Source: Azolla caroliniana (taxonomy: Eukaryota > Plantae > Polypodiophyta). Taken from it: a stretch of DNA of 64,000 nucleotides. The stretch lies in assembly GCA_043228905.1 (NCBI GenBank), contig JBHGNT010000015.1, positions 2,604,001 through 2,668,000 of the forward strand, written 5' to 3'. A program made the translations under genes and the position numbers. This document shows positions 22,625-35,615 of the stretch, one piece after another (the first letter of the stretch is position 1; each line of letters opens with the position of its first letter). The notes beneath the pieces are model-generated. The model was given only the letters and a program-made list of their open reading frames with translations. It was not told the origin of the DNA and ran no database searches.

Positions 22625-23965
22625 TTTGTCATGGATTTCATGATTCATTTATGTAGATTTGAACTTTCTTGAATGAAATGTAACTGGATGCAATTTCATA
22701 ACATGCGCTATTTGTGTTAAAACACTTCCTAGTGCAAAATCAGATGCATCTACTTCTATGATAAATGGCATTTCCAGGTCAACGTAGACCAATTTTGGAG
22801 CAAATGTAAATGTTTGCTTCAAGTTATGAAATGCCTCATATACACTTCACGTCCATAGAAAGTATTAGTTCTTCTATGTTAAGTTTGTGAGGGGGCAAGA
22901 CAACCTATGAGTAACTCTTGATGAATTTACGGCAGAAATTTGCAAATCCCAAGAAACATTGCACATCGTGAATTGAACCTGGTGTCTTCCAATCTAGAAT
23001 AGTTTGTACTTTCTTCGGTTCCATAGAAATACCCTCCGGTGTCGTGCCTTTCGGCTCCGGATACTATATACGTTTTTCACGTAGTGTACAAAATACACTA
23101 CGACACCGGAGAGACCACATGTCCTAAAAATTCTACTTGATTGCAGTTAAATCAACACTTCTCTAGTTTGGCATAAAGACCATATTCATTTAATTGTTGT
23201 AAAACTTGTATATTGTGCTCCTGAAGTGTCTTCGAGTAGATTAATATGACATCCAAATAAATTATTGTGAAAATAACAAGGAAATCTCGAAAGATATCAT
23301 TTGCCATCCATATGTTGAAAAACTGTTGAGTCATTTGTAAGACCGAATGGCATTATTGTGTACTCAAAGGGACCATATCGCATGTGGAAAGTTGTTTTCC
23401 ATTCATCACTAGGTGATTTTGAACAAGGTTGTAAGCTCCTCGTAAGGCTAGCCTTTTGAAGTATTTGGCCCCATTGAGAAGCTTCAAGAGATTTGGAATC
23501 TCAATGGTAGAGCATATCGGATCATAACCTTATTCACAACCTTTTGAGTTATTTGACTCCATTGTGAGCTCCAAGAGATTTTGGATCTTAACCTTGTTCA
23601 ACCCTTGATAATCTATGGCCAAATATAAAGATCCATCTTTCTTCTTAACGAAAAAAATAGGAGCACCGACAAGAGATCAAGAATAGACCCATTAGCAAGA
23701 TTCTCATCAATATATTCTCGAAGAACTTTCAATTCTGATGGCAAAAGGTTATAAATTGATCCCCACAGTGGTTCCTTTTTGGATGCATATCGATAGGATA
23801 ATCATTTAGCCAATGATTAGGAAGTGTATTGGCCTTTACCTTATCAAACATATCAAACAATTCTTGATAATTTGATGGTAAATGCGCCTCTGAATCTTGT
23901 CGGTTTGAGAATGGGGTTATGACCACTGCAAACACGAACATCTCTTCTACCATAGCTTCTTTATG
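22625..23965 (-). pseudogene. 5' part (RT to RNase H start) of decayed Tcn1/Tf-like chromovirus H
   Basis: Remnants [65 protein letters not shown] and HEIHDK. Confidence 0.85.
23040..23105. mobile_element. 66-bp mini insertion with gypsy-family att ends (mini solo LTR/TRIM)
   Basis: TGTCGT...ACGACA termini and CCGG duplicated at 23036-23039 and 23106-23109. Removing it restores the host RT codons VSPEG. Confidence 0.85.
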
Positions 23966-24517
23966 TTGTCAAGGCATGGCTCACCTAGAAGTGTAGCGTT
24001 TCTCGAACAGAAGATAACGTGAAAGTGAGGAAGGAATCGCTGGGATTTTGGACGGAAGAGACGAAAAGAGTAGAGATGTAATGTAGTAAAGAGAGATCAA
24101 TGAGATATGACAAAATAAGATGTAAAATGAGATTTGAGGAAATGTAAGAAATTTATAATTATTTCATGAAAGAGTTACAAAATGGTTGCGAGTGTCGTTG
24201 AACCTTTGCACTTTTTATGACAAGGTAACCACTCTTCTTTCTTGAAAGTAAACCACAATGTTCCTTTCTATCTTTTGATGAGGATATGTCTTGAAACTCC
24301 ATCACTTTTGTTGCGAGTTGAGAACCACAACCGCTAAGTTAGTTCTTCTCTTGTATTCTCAAAATTCTTTATAATCTTCACTTTTGCTCCTCTCTCTTAT
24401 GTTATATCTTCTAGTATATTTATTTTTGATATCCCTTATGTCTCCTTTTTGTGTAAAGGGATGCTCTTGCATGTGTGCAATATGGTGCACATGTAGTAGA
24501 TTGCATGTTTAGACTAT

Positions 24518-24523
<6 letters not shown>

Positions 24524-24549
<26 letters not shown>
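24524..24549. repeat. (TA)n microsatellite
   Basis: Direct observation. Confidence 0.95.
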
Positions 24550-24793
24550 TGTGGTGTGCATGTGTTCCTTTGTGCCACCCTTTTAGGACACCCTTTTTAG
24601 GATGCATGTACCTAAGCCGATCCACTCTTTTAGCACACCCTTTTTAGCTCAGACAACCCAAATGGCTACCTTTATATCAACTATAAATTGAATAAGAAGT
24701 AAGAAGCTAACTAGGCTGGTTTTGATCTCTTATGTGCATTTCACATATTGGTGGAGAAGCGGGGTACCTGTCCCCCACGTCCAAGCATCCACC
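24550..24793 (+). mobile_element. Short (~196 bp) LTR plus tRNA-Ala PBS of a truncated element
   Basis: TGTG(24550)..CACA(24745), then TGGTGGAGAAGCGGGGTA (24749-24766), 17/18 complementary to the plant tRNA-Ala 3' end. Confidence 0.6.
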
Positions 24794-25110
24794 TGTCACG
24801 GATAGATCATAAGCTCAAGAGACAAGAAAGAAGATAGACAAATGGATGAGTAGTATTAACGGAAAGACTCCATAACTAGTGTTGTTCACCTTGAATTCCT
24901 TCAAGGTGAACTCCTCTATTTATACTACATGGCATGCATACTTGTTGCACGCATGTGAATCTACAATAGAGCATGTAGGTATGCATGCATGTGCCAAGTG
25001 TAAATACTACAAGGGAGCAACTATGCACATGATGCTAGCAAAACAATAAGGACCAATTACATACATAACTGTGTACTAGATATATTGGTTAACCCATGAT
25101 ACTAGATTAT
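24794..25110 (-). mobile_element. Probable LTR fragment interrupted by copia3
   Basis: Begins TGTCAC, has a minus-strand TATAAATA near 24917, and resembles the layout of the G LTR. Confidence 0.35.
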
Positions 25111-25405
25111 TGTTGAGAATCAAGCTCAACTTGGTCTAGTGTGTGAACTCACCTTGAGAGTGAATAGACACTCCAACGGTCAAGAGTCACCATTATGTCA
25201 CCTCTTTGTATTCTAGCATTTAGTATGAGTCACAGAATCATATTCTATGACACATAACTTATGAGCTTTCACATTCCCCATGCTCCATGAGTCTTGTAGT
25301 TAATGAAGAGAGAGGGTGACTATATAAAGCACCCTCCTCCCACCTTGTATTTTGTTGAGTCTTTCTCCTTTGTAAATATACTTTTACCTTGCGTATTCTT
25401 TGTGT

Positions 25406-25459
<54 letters not shown>

Positions 25460-27329
25460 CACACACATAACTCACATCTCTTCCGCTTCACAAGAATCCA
25501 TCTCTTGATTCTTTACATGGTATCAGAGCGATTTGGTAGCTCGATCTAGCCCATTCACCTCATTGTGATCGTGTGTTGTGCTCCACGCCGACGACCAAGA
25601 ACCGGCTCATCGCTATCATAGCTTCGCTACATAGCACACATTCGAAGAGAGAAGAAGAAGAAGAATCGACACAGTGAATACTCAACTGGGGAGTGCTCTC
25701 CCTACTGAGAAGTTGGATTGAAACAACTTCACATCTTGGGAGTACAAGATGCACCAATACCTTGTTGGACAAGGCTATTGGAGCTACATAAAAGGAGCGC
25801 ATGAAGATCGACCCGCCGAACCAGCTCCCGGATACGCGACATGGGAGCAAGCCACAAGCCGCGTGATGTATTGTTTGGCGACATGTGTTCACGACCACAT
25901 GCTCGGTTACATTCGAGAAGCCAAGACGTCGAAGGAAGCGTGGGAAAATCTACGAAAGATTTTCGCCGCCAACATGACCGCGAGGAAGCTTCAACTCCGC
26001 CAAGAGTTGAACAACATTCAACAAAGGGACATGTCCATCACGACATACACCTTGAAGATCAAGGAGCTTTGCGACTCGCTCGGCTCAATAAGCGTAAGTA
26101 TAGATGATGATGAGATGGCGCAAATATGCCTTGGCGGCCTCGCACCACGGTTCGGTGCGATGCGATTTGCCGTTCTAGCACGAGAGAAATCTCCCTCCTT
26201 CGAGCTCCAATCAATGCTATTGGTCGAAGAAAACCACGTGCGTACAAGGCCACATGCTCTACACGCACTCTAACGGAGGAAGAGGACGCGGACGAGCGAG
26301 AGGCTGATTCGGCCAAGGACAAGGCGGACGAGGTCTGACCTACGACAACAACTCCCAATTTCGGCCGCAAAACGGAGGCCAACGAGGAACCTTCGCAAGA
26401 AGGGGGAGCTTCCACTCCGGCCCGAGCCGTCAAAACGCAACCGAATGCGGATATTGTGGAAAGCTCGGCCACCACGAAGAAGAGTGCCGAAAGAAGATGC
26501 GTGAATCGGCTTCCACAAGCTGACAACTCACAAATTACGCGCACAATTCCGACTACGAAGAGTATAGCGGAATGTACGGGCACAACTCCGACTACGAAGA
26601 TCGTGGCGGAATGTATGCACACAACTTCGACCGTGGCGGAATGTTCATGATGAAACATAGAGCAAACTCTATGTCGGCCACTACCTCAACTAGTGCCTCC
26701 GGTCCGAAAGACGTATGGTTCGTCGATTCCGGTGCCTCGAACCATATGACATCGCATCAAGAATGGTTCCGAGAACTTCGAGAGCCGGAGCGACCCGGTT
26801 ATGTCGAAACCGGAGATGACACTACGCACCCAATTCGGCACATCGACAATGTTCCCTTCGGAAAAGAAGGTAAGCAAAATTACATTAAAAATGTCTTGCA
26901 TGTACCAACCATTACGAAGAATTTGGTCTCCGTCTGCCAAATTGTAGAGCAAGGGATGCAAGTTCGATTTAATCAAGGCGGTTGCTTCATCCAAAAAGAG
27001 GGCCGACTCATCGCACGCGGACAAAGAGAGGGCCGAATGTTCGCAAAGGGCATGAAAGCTGACTCCGACATAGAGTTGTGCCACAAGCGAATCGGCCACA
27101 TCAACCTCAACAAACTCAAAGCAATGAAATCGAAAGGAGTCGTCATCGGACTCCCGACATTCAAAGAAAAGGAGATTGAAGGTGTGTGCGAAGCATGCCA
27201 ATTCGGCAAGCAACACCGACAGCCATTCCCGAAAGAGTGAAACGTGAGCAAAGGTCTACTCAACGTAGTCCATTCCGACGTATGGGGACCGGCGCAGACA
27301 GCTACATTCAGCGGATGCCGATATTACGT
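25111..27329 (+). mobile_element. Ty1/copia element copia3, 5' part (LTR 25111-25517, Met PBS 25518-25529, decayed gag-PR-IN start)
   Basis: TGGTATCAGAGC, MHQYLVGQGYW, WFVDSGASNHM, CEACQFGK and HSDVWGP. Cut at YY|V by gypsy B. Its 3' part is absent from the window. Confidence 0.9.
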
Positions 27330-30300
27330 TGTCGTGAAGAAAACCGTCCACAAGCGGAATCGGTGCACCGGAGCGTAGGAACCGGCTCTTCATACACGTG
27401 CGCCTTATGTTGTGCATAGAAGATCCTCGGTAGGTAGGAAGTTAATAGGAAACGGCTCCTTCCTTGCCTATAAAAGGAGGAAGACAAGGAGGGGAGGGGG
27501 AATCACGGAGAGTCGAGGACGAAGTGCTGTCGGTTTGTGTGCGAAGGCTTCTCTCTCTCTCTGGTTCGTAAACTCCATAGCTTCCTTCTGTGCAGGTTTC
27601 GGGAGGCTCGCGCTGCTCTGAGGAATGCCCGAGTGCTTCCGGCAGCACCTCCAACCTCCTCCTTCCTTTCTGTGCGTTTACGAACAGGTATCGGCATCTG
27701 TTCGCCGGCCTGTTCGGTTGTAACCGACTTCGTGTTTTGGTTGTCTGTCTTTGTTAATACATACATACATTCGTGTCTCTCTGTGTCGCTGTCCCACTCG
27801 CGTCTTTGTGTCGAAGGGCCGTGTCCCTGTGAATCTACTCTCGCACGTAGTGGGTCTCTTCTCCTTTCTCTCTTGCTCTTCGGTACAGGACCCCCGAGGT
27901 CCCGCCTCATTCCACGCATCCGCGAGGAATACCTCAACATCTTTGGTGAACCCAACGTGAAGGAGGCGGCAAAAGAGCAAAAGATGAAAGGGTCGGATCT
28001 TGCAGAGGCCATGGCTTCGGCCGTGGATCGGATATTGAGCGCATGCGAGGGCTCCGGTGCCCTCAACAGAGCCATTGAGGCGGTTGTCGGTACGATTGGC
28101 TGGTTCAGCGGAAAGGATGCCACGAAGTATTTGGCGTCCTACGGGGCAAAAATGCTGATGCGGGACATTCCGAAAGAGAGGCATCTTGCCGGGTTTCCTC
28201 GAGTGGCTATGCCAAGCATCCATGCGGAGGTGCTCGAGGTGCGGGCGGAGAGCCGTACCTGGGAGGAGTTCGAAGGCCGACTCCTAGAAAAATACGGGCT
28301 GGAAGACACGCTCCGGCTTTCGAAACGAGACTTCATGGAATGGGTGGAGTCCCCCGGCAAGGGAAGAAACGCGTCGGCACTCCTCCGGGAGTTCGAAGAA
28401 CGCTTTGCGCGCCTTTCGGCGGCGCTTGACCGAACCGTTCTGGATACGAGTCGGGTCCTACTGTTCGTCAAGTCGGTGGACGAGCGGGACCGGGATCAAG
28501 TCGGCTCCTTGCTAGAAACCGAAGACGAGCTGACGACCGACTGGGCTGCGGTTAAGAGGGTCTGTGGCCGTTTCGACAAACGGCGGGAATGGGCTGATAA
28601 CGGGGCGGCCGGTGCGGGGTCTATCACAGCAAGGAGGCTTGAACCGGCACCGCAAGGGCGAAGGGAAGAAACCCGGGAATGGCTCAAAATCGGTCCGGCT
28701 GCGACCGACATGGTCAGTGGCTCGTCCGGAGGAGCAGCGCTGGAAGAGTTGACGCGGGCGATAAAGGATCTCCAGATCGCCCAGACTCGAAGGGAAGGCG
28801 GCGAACCGGCTCGTGACCGACGGCCGGCAGCAGAGAACAGGTGCATGTGGTGCGACGAGGTCAGCCACGTCCGGAAGGACTGCGGCGATTTCGCAGAAGC
28901 GTTGAGGAACCGGGTGGTGTACCTGTGGGAAGGCCGGGTGAACGCCGGCGACACCAGAAGGGCCCTAAACCGAAACGACGGACGAGGAGGTATGAAGACA
29001 CTGATGGAAGAAGCAGCGGCCCGACACGTGGAGGCCATCCACTACTCGGCGTCGGCCGGCATTCGGGTCGGGGGCAACGAGGCCCGAAAGGAGGGCAAAG
29101 ATGGATTCTGGTCGGCAATGCTGGAAGTTCTTGCCGGCGCATGGCTAAGGAAAGACGAAACGGACCGCGCTGAGAGACGGGTCCGGGAAATAACCGGGTG
29201 GAGCTATCCGGTCGAGGAGAAGACGGGCTTCGTAGAAGCCGCCTGCCGGAACTACAAGGCTCTGGTAGAAGACAAGCGAGTGGGGAAAGCCGGAGCGGTC
29301 AGGCCCTCACAACGGTACGAGACCCGATTCGGGCAACGACGGAACGATGCCGGTGGGTCCGGCTCGCAAGATAATCCCAGGAAGGGCGGATACCAACTGG
29401 GGACGGAAATAGAAAGGACTACGGACCTACGAAAGGTCCTAGAAGAACGGATCCTCGACAGCAAAGTGGAGCTGTCATTGCGGGAGGTGCTAGGGATCGC
29501 CAAGAAGGAGTTCCACGACTCATTGTGGACCTGGTGAAACGGAAGAGGCTGTCGACGGAGACGGAACCGGAACAACCGGTGGAGGTGCCGACAACGCACA
29601 TCGACGACATGGCGATGGAAGACGAGTGGGCGGAGAGCCACTATTCGATGCAACACTGGGCCCGAGCGACCACGGAGACCCCGGTAAAGATCGGAGATGT
29701 TCAGGAACCGGTGGTGGCGTTGGTGGACCACGGTTCGGAAATAAACCTAATGTCCATGGACTTCTATAAGAAGGGAAAGTGGCCGATCAACACCAGGCAC
29801 AGGTGGAAGATACGGGCGGCGACACGCGCCACCGAAGAACTGCACGGGGCCTGCCCGAATGTGCGAGTAAAGATCGGCGACGTCGAGATTGACCAACACT
29901 TCTTCGTACAGGAGACGTCCTCGCACCCGGTCATATTAGGGGAACCATACATCACGGCGGCGAGAATGGAGACCAAGTTGCTAGACAACGGTTCGGCCTA
30001 CGCGAGGGTCAAAAGCCAGGATGGGCGCCATTCGGTCCAATTTCTGACGGTGCGATCGAACCACGAGCGAAACCGCGAATCCCTCGGTGGCGAGAACCGG
30101 GAGGATTTTTAGAGAGGCGTGAGGCCGAGACAGTCCGGACACTCGGGAAAGAACCCACGACTGTACGATAAAACCGAAACCGAAGGAACCCTGTACGAAA
30201 GGTAGGAAATTTTGCTTCTCCAACAACGGAGGGTGTATGATAGTCGGCATCGTCGGCCGAGAAAAGACAAGGGCGGAAGTGCGACTTCGAGCGTGCGGAG

Positions 30301-33300
30301 TTCTCGGCCCGGACGAGGAAATCAGCGGAGCCGTGGAGGCGGTATCCTTCGACGACACCTTGGGGATGCTGAGGAAGGTTGCTGGAGAAGACCTTAACGA
30401 AGACCGGACGATACCGGTATGTTCCGAAGAGATGTACGGAGTCATCGCGGACTTCAGTCGGGAGCTCGGGTCGAATCGGACGGCCCGAGTTAGCACGAAG
30501 TACAAGACTGTGAACCGGAAGGTAAGGCCCGTCGCGGCACCCTTGCCGGAGGGGAGCGAGTCCCGAATCAGAGGGGTGGCGTCGGACCCCAGTTTACGAG
30601 ATCCGGCCTGCATAGGACACACCTTCACCGACGGGATGCTCCGGGAGCTCAAGATCGGTGGGGGCAGGTTCCTACTGCCGGCGGAGGAAGACCGGTTTCG
30701 GAGAATGCTCGGAAGGCACGGGAAAGCCTTCGCATTCTCGCCAGATGAGATCGGGTGCGTAGACCCGACAATCGTGGAGCCGATGGTGATATTCACGGTA
30801 CCGCATGTGCCGTGGAGTCTCAAGCCGATTCCGGTACCAATAGCTCACATCCCGGAGGTGATGGAGGTACTGAGGCAGAAAGTCGATATGGGTATTCTCG
30901 AACCCTCGAGCGCGCCATACTCGAACCGATGGTTTACCGTACCAAAGAAGAACGGAACATTGCGCTTCATTCAGGACCTGCAGCCGGTCAACAGAGTGAC
31001 CATTCGGAACGCAGGAATCGAACCGACCATACACGAGTTCGTAGAGGCCTTCGCCGGAAGGTCGATTTACTCGGTCGGTGATCTGTACTCGGGATACGAC
31101 CAATTCCAGCTAGCCGTGGAGAGCAGAGACATTACGACGATGCGAACTCCCCTCGGCCTAGTGCGAATGTGTACCATGCCACAAGAAGGGTACCCCGGTA
31201 TACATAACGGTGGATACGAGCCCGACCGGGATAGGATGGGTTGCCAACCAAGAAGACCAGGACGGCATTCGGTTCCCGATCCGATTCGGCGCGAAGGTCC
31301 TCAGTGAGCGACAACGAGGGTACGCCCAGGTTAAACGCGAACTCTGGGGTATCGTTTCAGCAGTAAGGGCCGACAAAGACTACCTGATCGGGACAGAAGT
31401 GGTTATCGAGACGGATTGCCTGCCGATTCTCGGCATGGTTTCCGGATGTGCGACACCGGACCTGGCGATGCTCCGGTTGATAGCGTACATCAAGTCCCTG
31501 GACCCGGAAATACGGCACATTTCCGGAAAGGACAACGCCATGGCCGACATGCTTTCGAGGGCAAGGTTTGATGACGATAGCGGCATGGTTTCGAAGGACG
31601 AAGAAGTCGGCGTGGACTTCTTCGAGGCGGCGTACGTCACGACCGATGGGACGAGCACTCCGGCACTTAACGACTTCAACGAGAGCAGGTACGACGGCGA
31701 GTGGCTCCAGATCGGTGGATTTCTGAGGACAATGACGCCGGATGCGTCATGGACGAAGGACGAGGCAAACTGGATCCGGAAGAAAGCTTACCGATTCTTT
31801 CTCCGGGACGGATACTTATGGAACCACCCGAAGAAGAGGAACGGCGTCCCGCTTCGGGTGGTGGCGATGAAGGAAGAACAGGAGGAGCTGCTGACGGCCT
31901 ACCACGACAGCCCTTGGGCTGGATACCGTGGAACGTGGGCCACGTTCGAGAAGATAAAGGGGAAGTACTGGTGGCCGGGACTATACCGGGACGTGCATCG
32001 GTTCGTGACAACTTGCGAGAGCTGTCAGATGCACTCCATAGTCCGGCATCGAGACGAGCTTCACCCTACGTACCCTCCGACCATCCACTTCAAATGGATG
32101 GTAGATCTAGTGACGATGTCGATGGGCGTAGGACAGATGCGGTATCTGGTCCTGGCTCGGGAAGATCTGATCAACCAGGTGGAAGGCCGAGCCCTTCAGA
32201 ACAAAATGACCGTGGTCGTATGTCGGTTCCTGATCGAGGACGTGATATGCTGGTACGGGTGCGTCGGGAAGATCGTGGCCGATCGCAGGGAGTTGGACGC
32301 CGAAGAGGCCGAGGAGCTGTTCGACCAGCTAGGAGTCAAGCTCTCGCTTACCACTGCGTACAATCCGGAGGCGAATGGGAAGGTGGAGCGCGGACACGGA
32401 CCGATCGTCAAGGCGTTAGTTCGGGATGCGGGGGTCAAGTCGGGAGCTGGCCGCAGCTGTTGCCTTACGCGTTATGGGCTGACTGAACTACGCACAGTTC
32501 GGTAACTAGATTCATGCCGGCAGAGCTCATGTTTGGACAGAAGCCGGTCATGCCGATGGAACGTACGATCTCCTCATGGGCAACCGTGGACTGGAGAGAC
32601 GAGATGAGCCGGGAGGAACTGTTGACGGCGCGCATACGGCAGGTCGAGCGAAGACCGGAGGACGTAGAGCGAGCTACGGAAAAGCTTCGGGTGGCAAGGA
32701 TGAGGAACAAAGCCCGGTTCGACCGAACGCACCGGCTCCGACCGAAGAAGATCGAGGAAGGCGACTGGGTGCTGGTCTACGACAGCAGCCTCGACAACCA
32801 GCACCGAGCAACACGGAAGTTCGCAAGAAGGTGGTTCGGGCCTTACGTGGTACAAAGGGCCAACGACAACGGGACGTACCATCTGGCGGAGCTCGACGGC
32901 ACGAGAATGGCGATACCGGTAGCTGGGAAGCGGATCAAAGCGATCAAGAAGCGTCACGACGACGAGCTGGATCCGGATAACCTGGACCAGGACGACGAAC
33001 GATCTAAAACCGAAGAAGAACCGACAGGCGGGGAATAAAGGCTGGATAGGTTTTCTCCGTCCCAACTCAATTTGGCGCATGCCGGTGGATGCGCGGTTAG
33101 GTGGGGGTGGATGTCGTGAAGAAAACCGTCCACAAGCGGAATCGGTGCACCGGAGCGTAGGAACCGGCTCTTCATACACGTGCGCCTTATGTTGTGCATA
33201 GAAGATCCTCGGTAGGTAGGAAGTTAATAGGAAACGGCTCCTTCCTTGCCTATAAAAGGAGGGAGACAAGGAGGGGAGGGGGAATCACGGAGAGTCGAGG

Positions 33301-33721
33301 ACGAAGTGCTGTCGGTTTGTGTGCGAAGGCTTCTCTCTCTCTCTGGTTCGCAAACTCCATAGCTTCCTTCTGTGCAGGTTTCGGGAGGCTCGCGCTGCTC
33401 TGAGGAATGCCCGAGTGCTTCCGGCAGCACCTCCAATCTCCTCCTTCCTTTCTGTGCGTTTACGAACAGGTATCGGCATCTGTTCGCCGGCCTGTTCGGT
33501 TGTAACCGACTTCGTGTTTTGGTTGTCTGTCTTTGTTAATACATACATACATTCGTGTCTCTCTGTGTCGTTGTCCCACTCGCGTCTTTGTGTCGAAGGG
33601 CCGTGTCCCTGTGAATCTACTCTCGCACGTAGTGGGTCTCTTCTCCTTTCTCTCTTGCTCTTCGGTACAGGACCCCCGAGGTCCCGCCTCATTCCACGCA
33701 TCCGCAAGGAATACCTCGACA
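27330..33721 (+). mobile_element. Gypsy copy B, defective, with non-matching flanks
   Basis: LTRs 27330-27939 and 33112-33721 (~6 differences in 610 bp) and a Trp PBS. Carries frameshifts and a ~557-bp RT deletion at ~31190. Flanks are ACGT (copia3) versus ACGG (TR-GAG LTR). Confidence 0.93.
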
Positions 33722-34012
33722 ACGGTTTTGCTTATGTCATGCACAAACCATGGGTTTAGAACCATAGTTTTGTGCAGATGGTTTTCTATGGTTGTTTCGT
33801 CTATAATTTGTATATGAAAAGGAAATACATAAAATTTATACTATATGATTGTTGTCCTAGTGGTAAGGCAAATATCTTGTATCTTAGAGGTGTAATGTTC
33901 AAACCTTGCTTGCACCCCTCTGTATGGACTCAAGTGCCACTAGGCCTTGGGAGGCTTATTTGGTTTATTCGTCTCACTCGGTTTCACACCGTAGCCGAAA
34001 ATCGTCACGACA
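33722..34012 (-). mobile_element. U3 half of a TR-GAG-family LTR (TRG2) inserted in the LTR of gypsy C
   Basis: Matches 21512-21826, ends CACGACA, flank GCGT. Confidence 0.88.
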
Positions 34013-34953
34013 GCGTGTGAAAAAAGGCGAGACCACGGGGGCCCTGAACCAAGGAGCAAGAGAGACAAGAGGAAGTGAAGAGCGCACAAGTGCAAGGCCT
34101 ACTAGACCTGTCAGCAACCGACAGGACTTTCCCGCTAAATGAACCACCAACGCGTATACCGACTTAACCAAGAAGCACACTCGAGAGAAACGAAAGAGGA
34201 GACATCTAGAAACACAGGTAGGCGCGAACAAGGTATTCAATTCCAATAACAGTGACGATTACAACGATTGCAACCCTACAGAGTATGATGATAGAGAAGG
34301 AGAGAGCTCGGTTCCCAGTTATGTACAATTGATATCAATTCGTGCACACTCGTGCAAGGGTGGGTTCACGCCTTTAATTCCTTGATTCCTCTTAGGGCCG
34401 GTTTTCTTCACGACATTCACCCCCACCAAACCGCGCATCCACCGGTATGCGCCAGATTCTATCAATCGCCGGAGAAGACCGGCCTGTAATCATCCGTCAC
34501 TTCCCGGATCCTCGTCTGCTCCGAACCGGTCATTGTTGTAGGTCACGCTTCCCGGGTCCGGTTCATCCTCTTGCCGCTCCTTGAACGCGTTGATCCGCTT
34601 CCTGGCTACCGGCATTGTTAATCACGTCCCGTCAAGCTCCACAAGATGATACGTCCTGTTGTCGTTCGCGCTCGTTACGGCGTAGGGCCTGAACCACCCC
34701 CTCGCGAATTTGCACATTGCCTTGTGCTGGTTGTCGAGGTTGTTGTCGTACACCAACACCCAATCGCCTTCCTCGATCTTCTTTGGCCGCAGCCGGTGCG
34801 TCAAGTCGAACCGGCTTTTGTTCCCCTCCCTCGCCGCATGTAGCTTTGCCCGTGCGTCAGGTCCACCGGCATGATAGACTTATGCCCGTACATCAGCTCC
34901 GCTGGCATGAACCCTGTTACCGTATTGTGCCTAGTCCGGTCCGCCCACAACGT

Positions 34954-35615
34954 TGTCGTATTGTTACGCTCTTCACGTTCGGAAAGATGCAGGACCACGG
35001 GGGCCTCGAACCAAGGGGTGTGAGAAAGAGGGGAGAGAGAGAGAGAGAGCAGCTTGTAGAAACACAGAGGAGGAAAGAGACGGAGAACAAAGTCTTAATT
35101 ACAATCGACAAAGATTACAACCGGCAAGCCGGTGACGGACCCAACCCAGGCGGACACACACACATACACACGACGCTCACGCAGGCACTCAACCCAACTT
35201 CACAGTGGAGCCTCTGCCGAAAGCACACGGGTTGTCCACGAAGCAACACAGTCTGAAATCCTACAGAGAAAGTAGAACGATGGAGGAGAGAGCTCGGTAC
35301 CAGTCCGTTAGCCCTTCCTCCTCGCTCCCAAAAACGCGATCCCCTTTTTTCTTCCTTTTTTTACCTCACTTCTCCCTCTCTTTTATGACCCAAGGAGGGA
35401 GGCGGCTACCACTCATTACATCATGTTTATTCCCAGTCCTTTTGGACAGGGATATGCCTCGATTTCCTCCCTACCGAATGCATACTACTTAGGATTTCGC
35501 CTCAGGCAACTTGTACCTACCTACGTACTATACAACAAAACTTGTGCCCACGTGTAAGGGCCGGTTTCCGCATGCTATACCCGGTTTCCGCCTAGGGACG
35601 GTTTTCTCCACGACA
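34954..35615 (-). mobile_element. Solo LTR (F) of the Trp-primed gypsy group
   Basis: TGTCG..CGACA with TSD ACGT/ATGT inside the YALW codons of C integrase. Confidence 0.85.

Noticed and set aside
23967-24523. LTR interrupting chromovirus H
   Set aside because: Begins TGT and looks like a reversed LTR, but no second terminus, TSD or homologue could be found.
27537-27982. N-terminal gag extension from within the LTR (also 49796)
   Set aside because: Intact copy A has an in-frame TAG at 4988, so the extension is not conserved.
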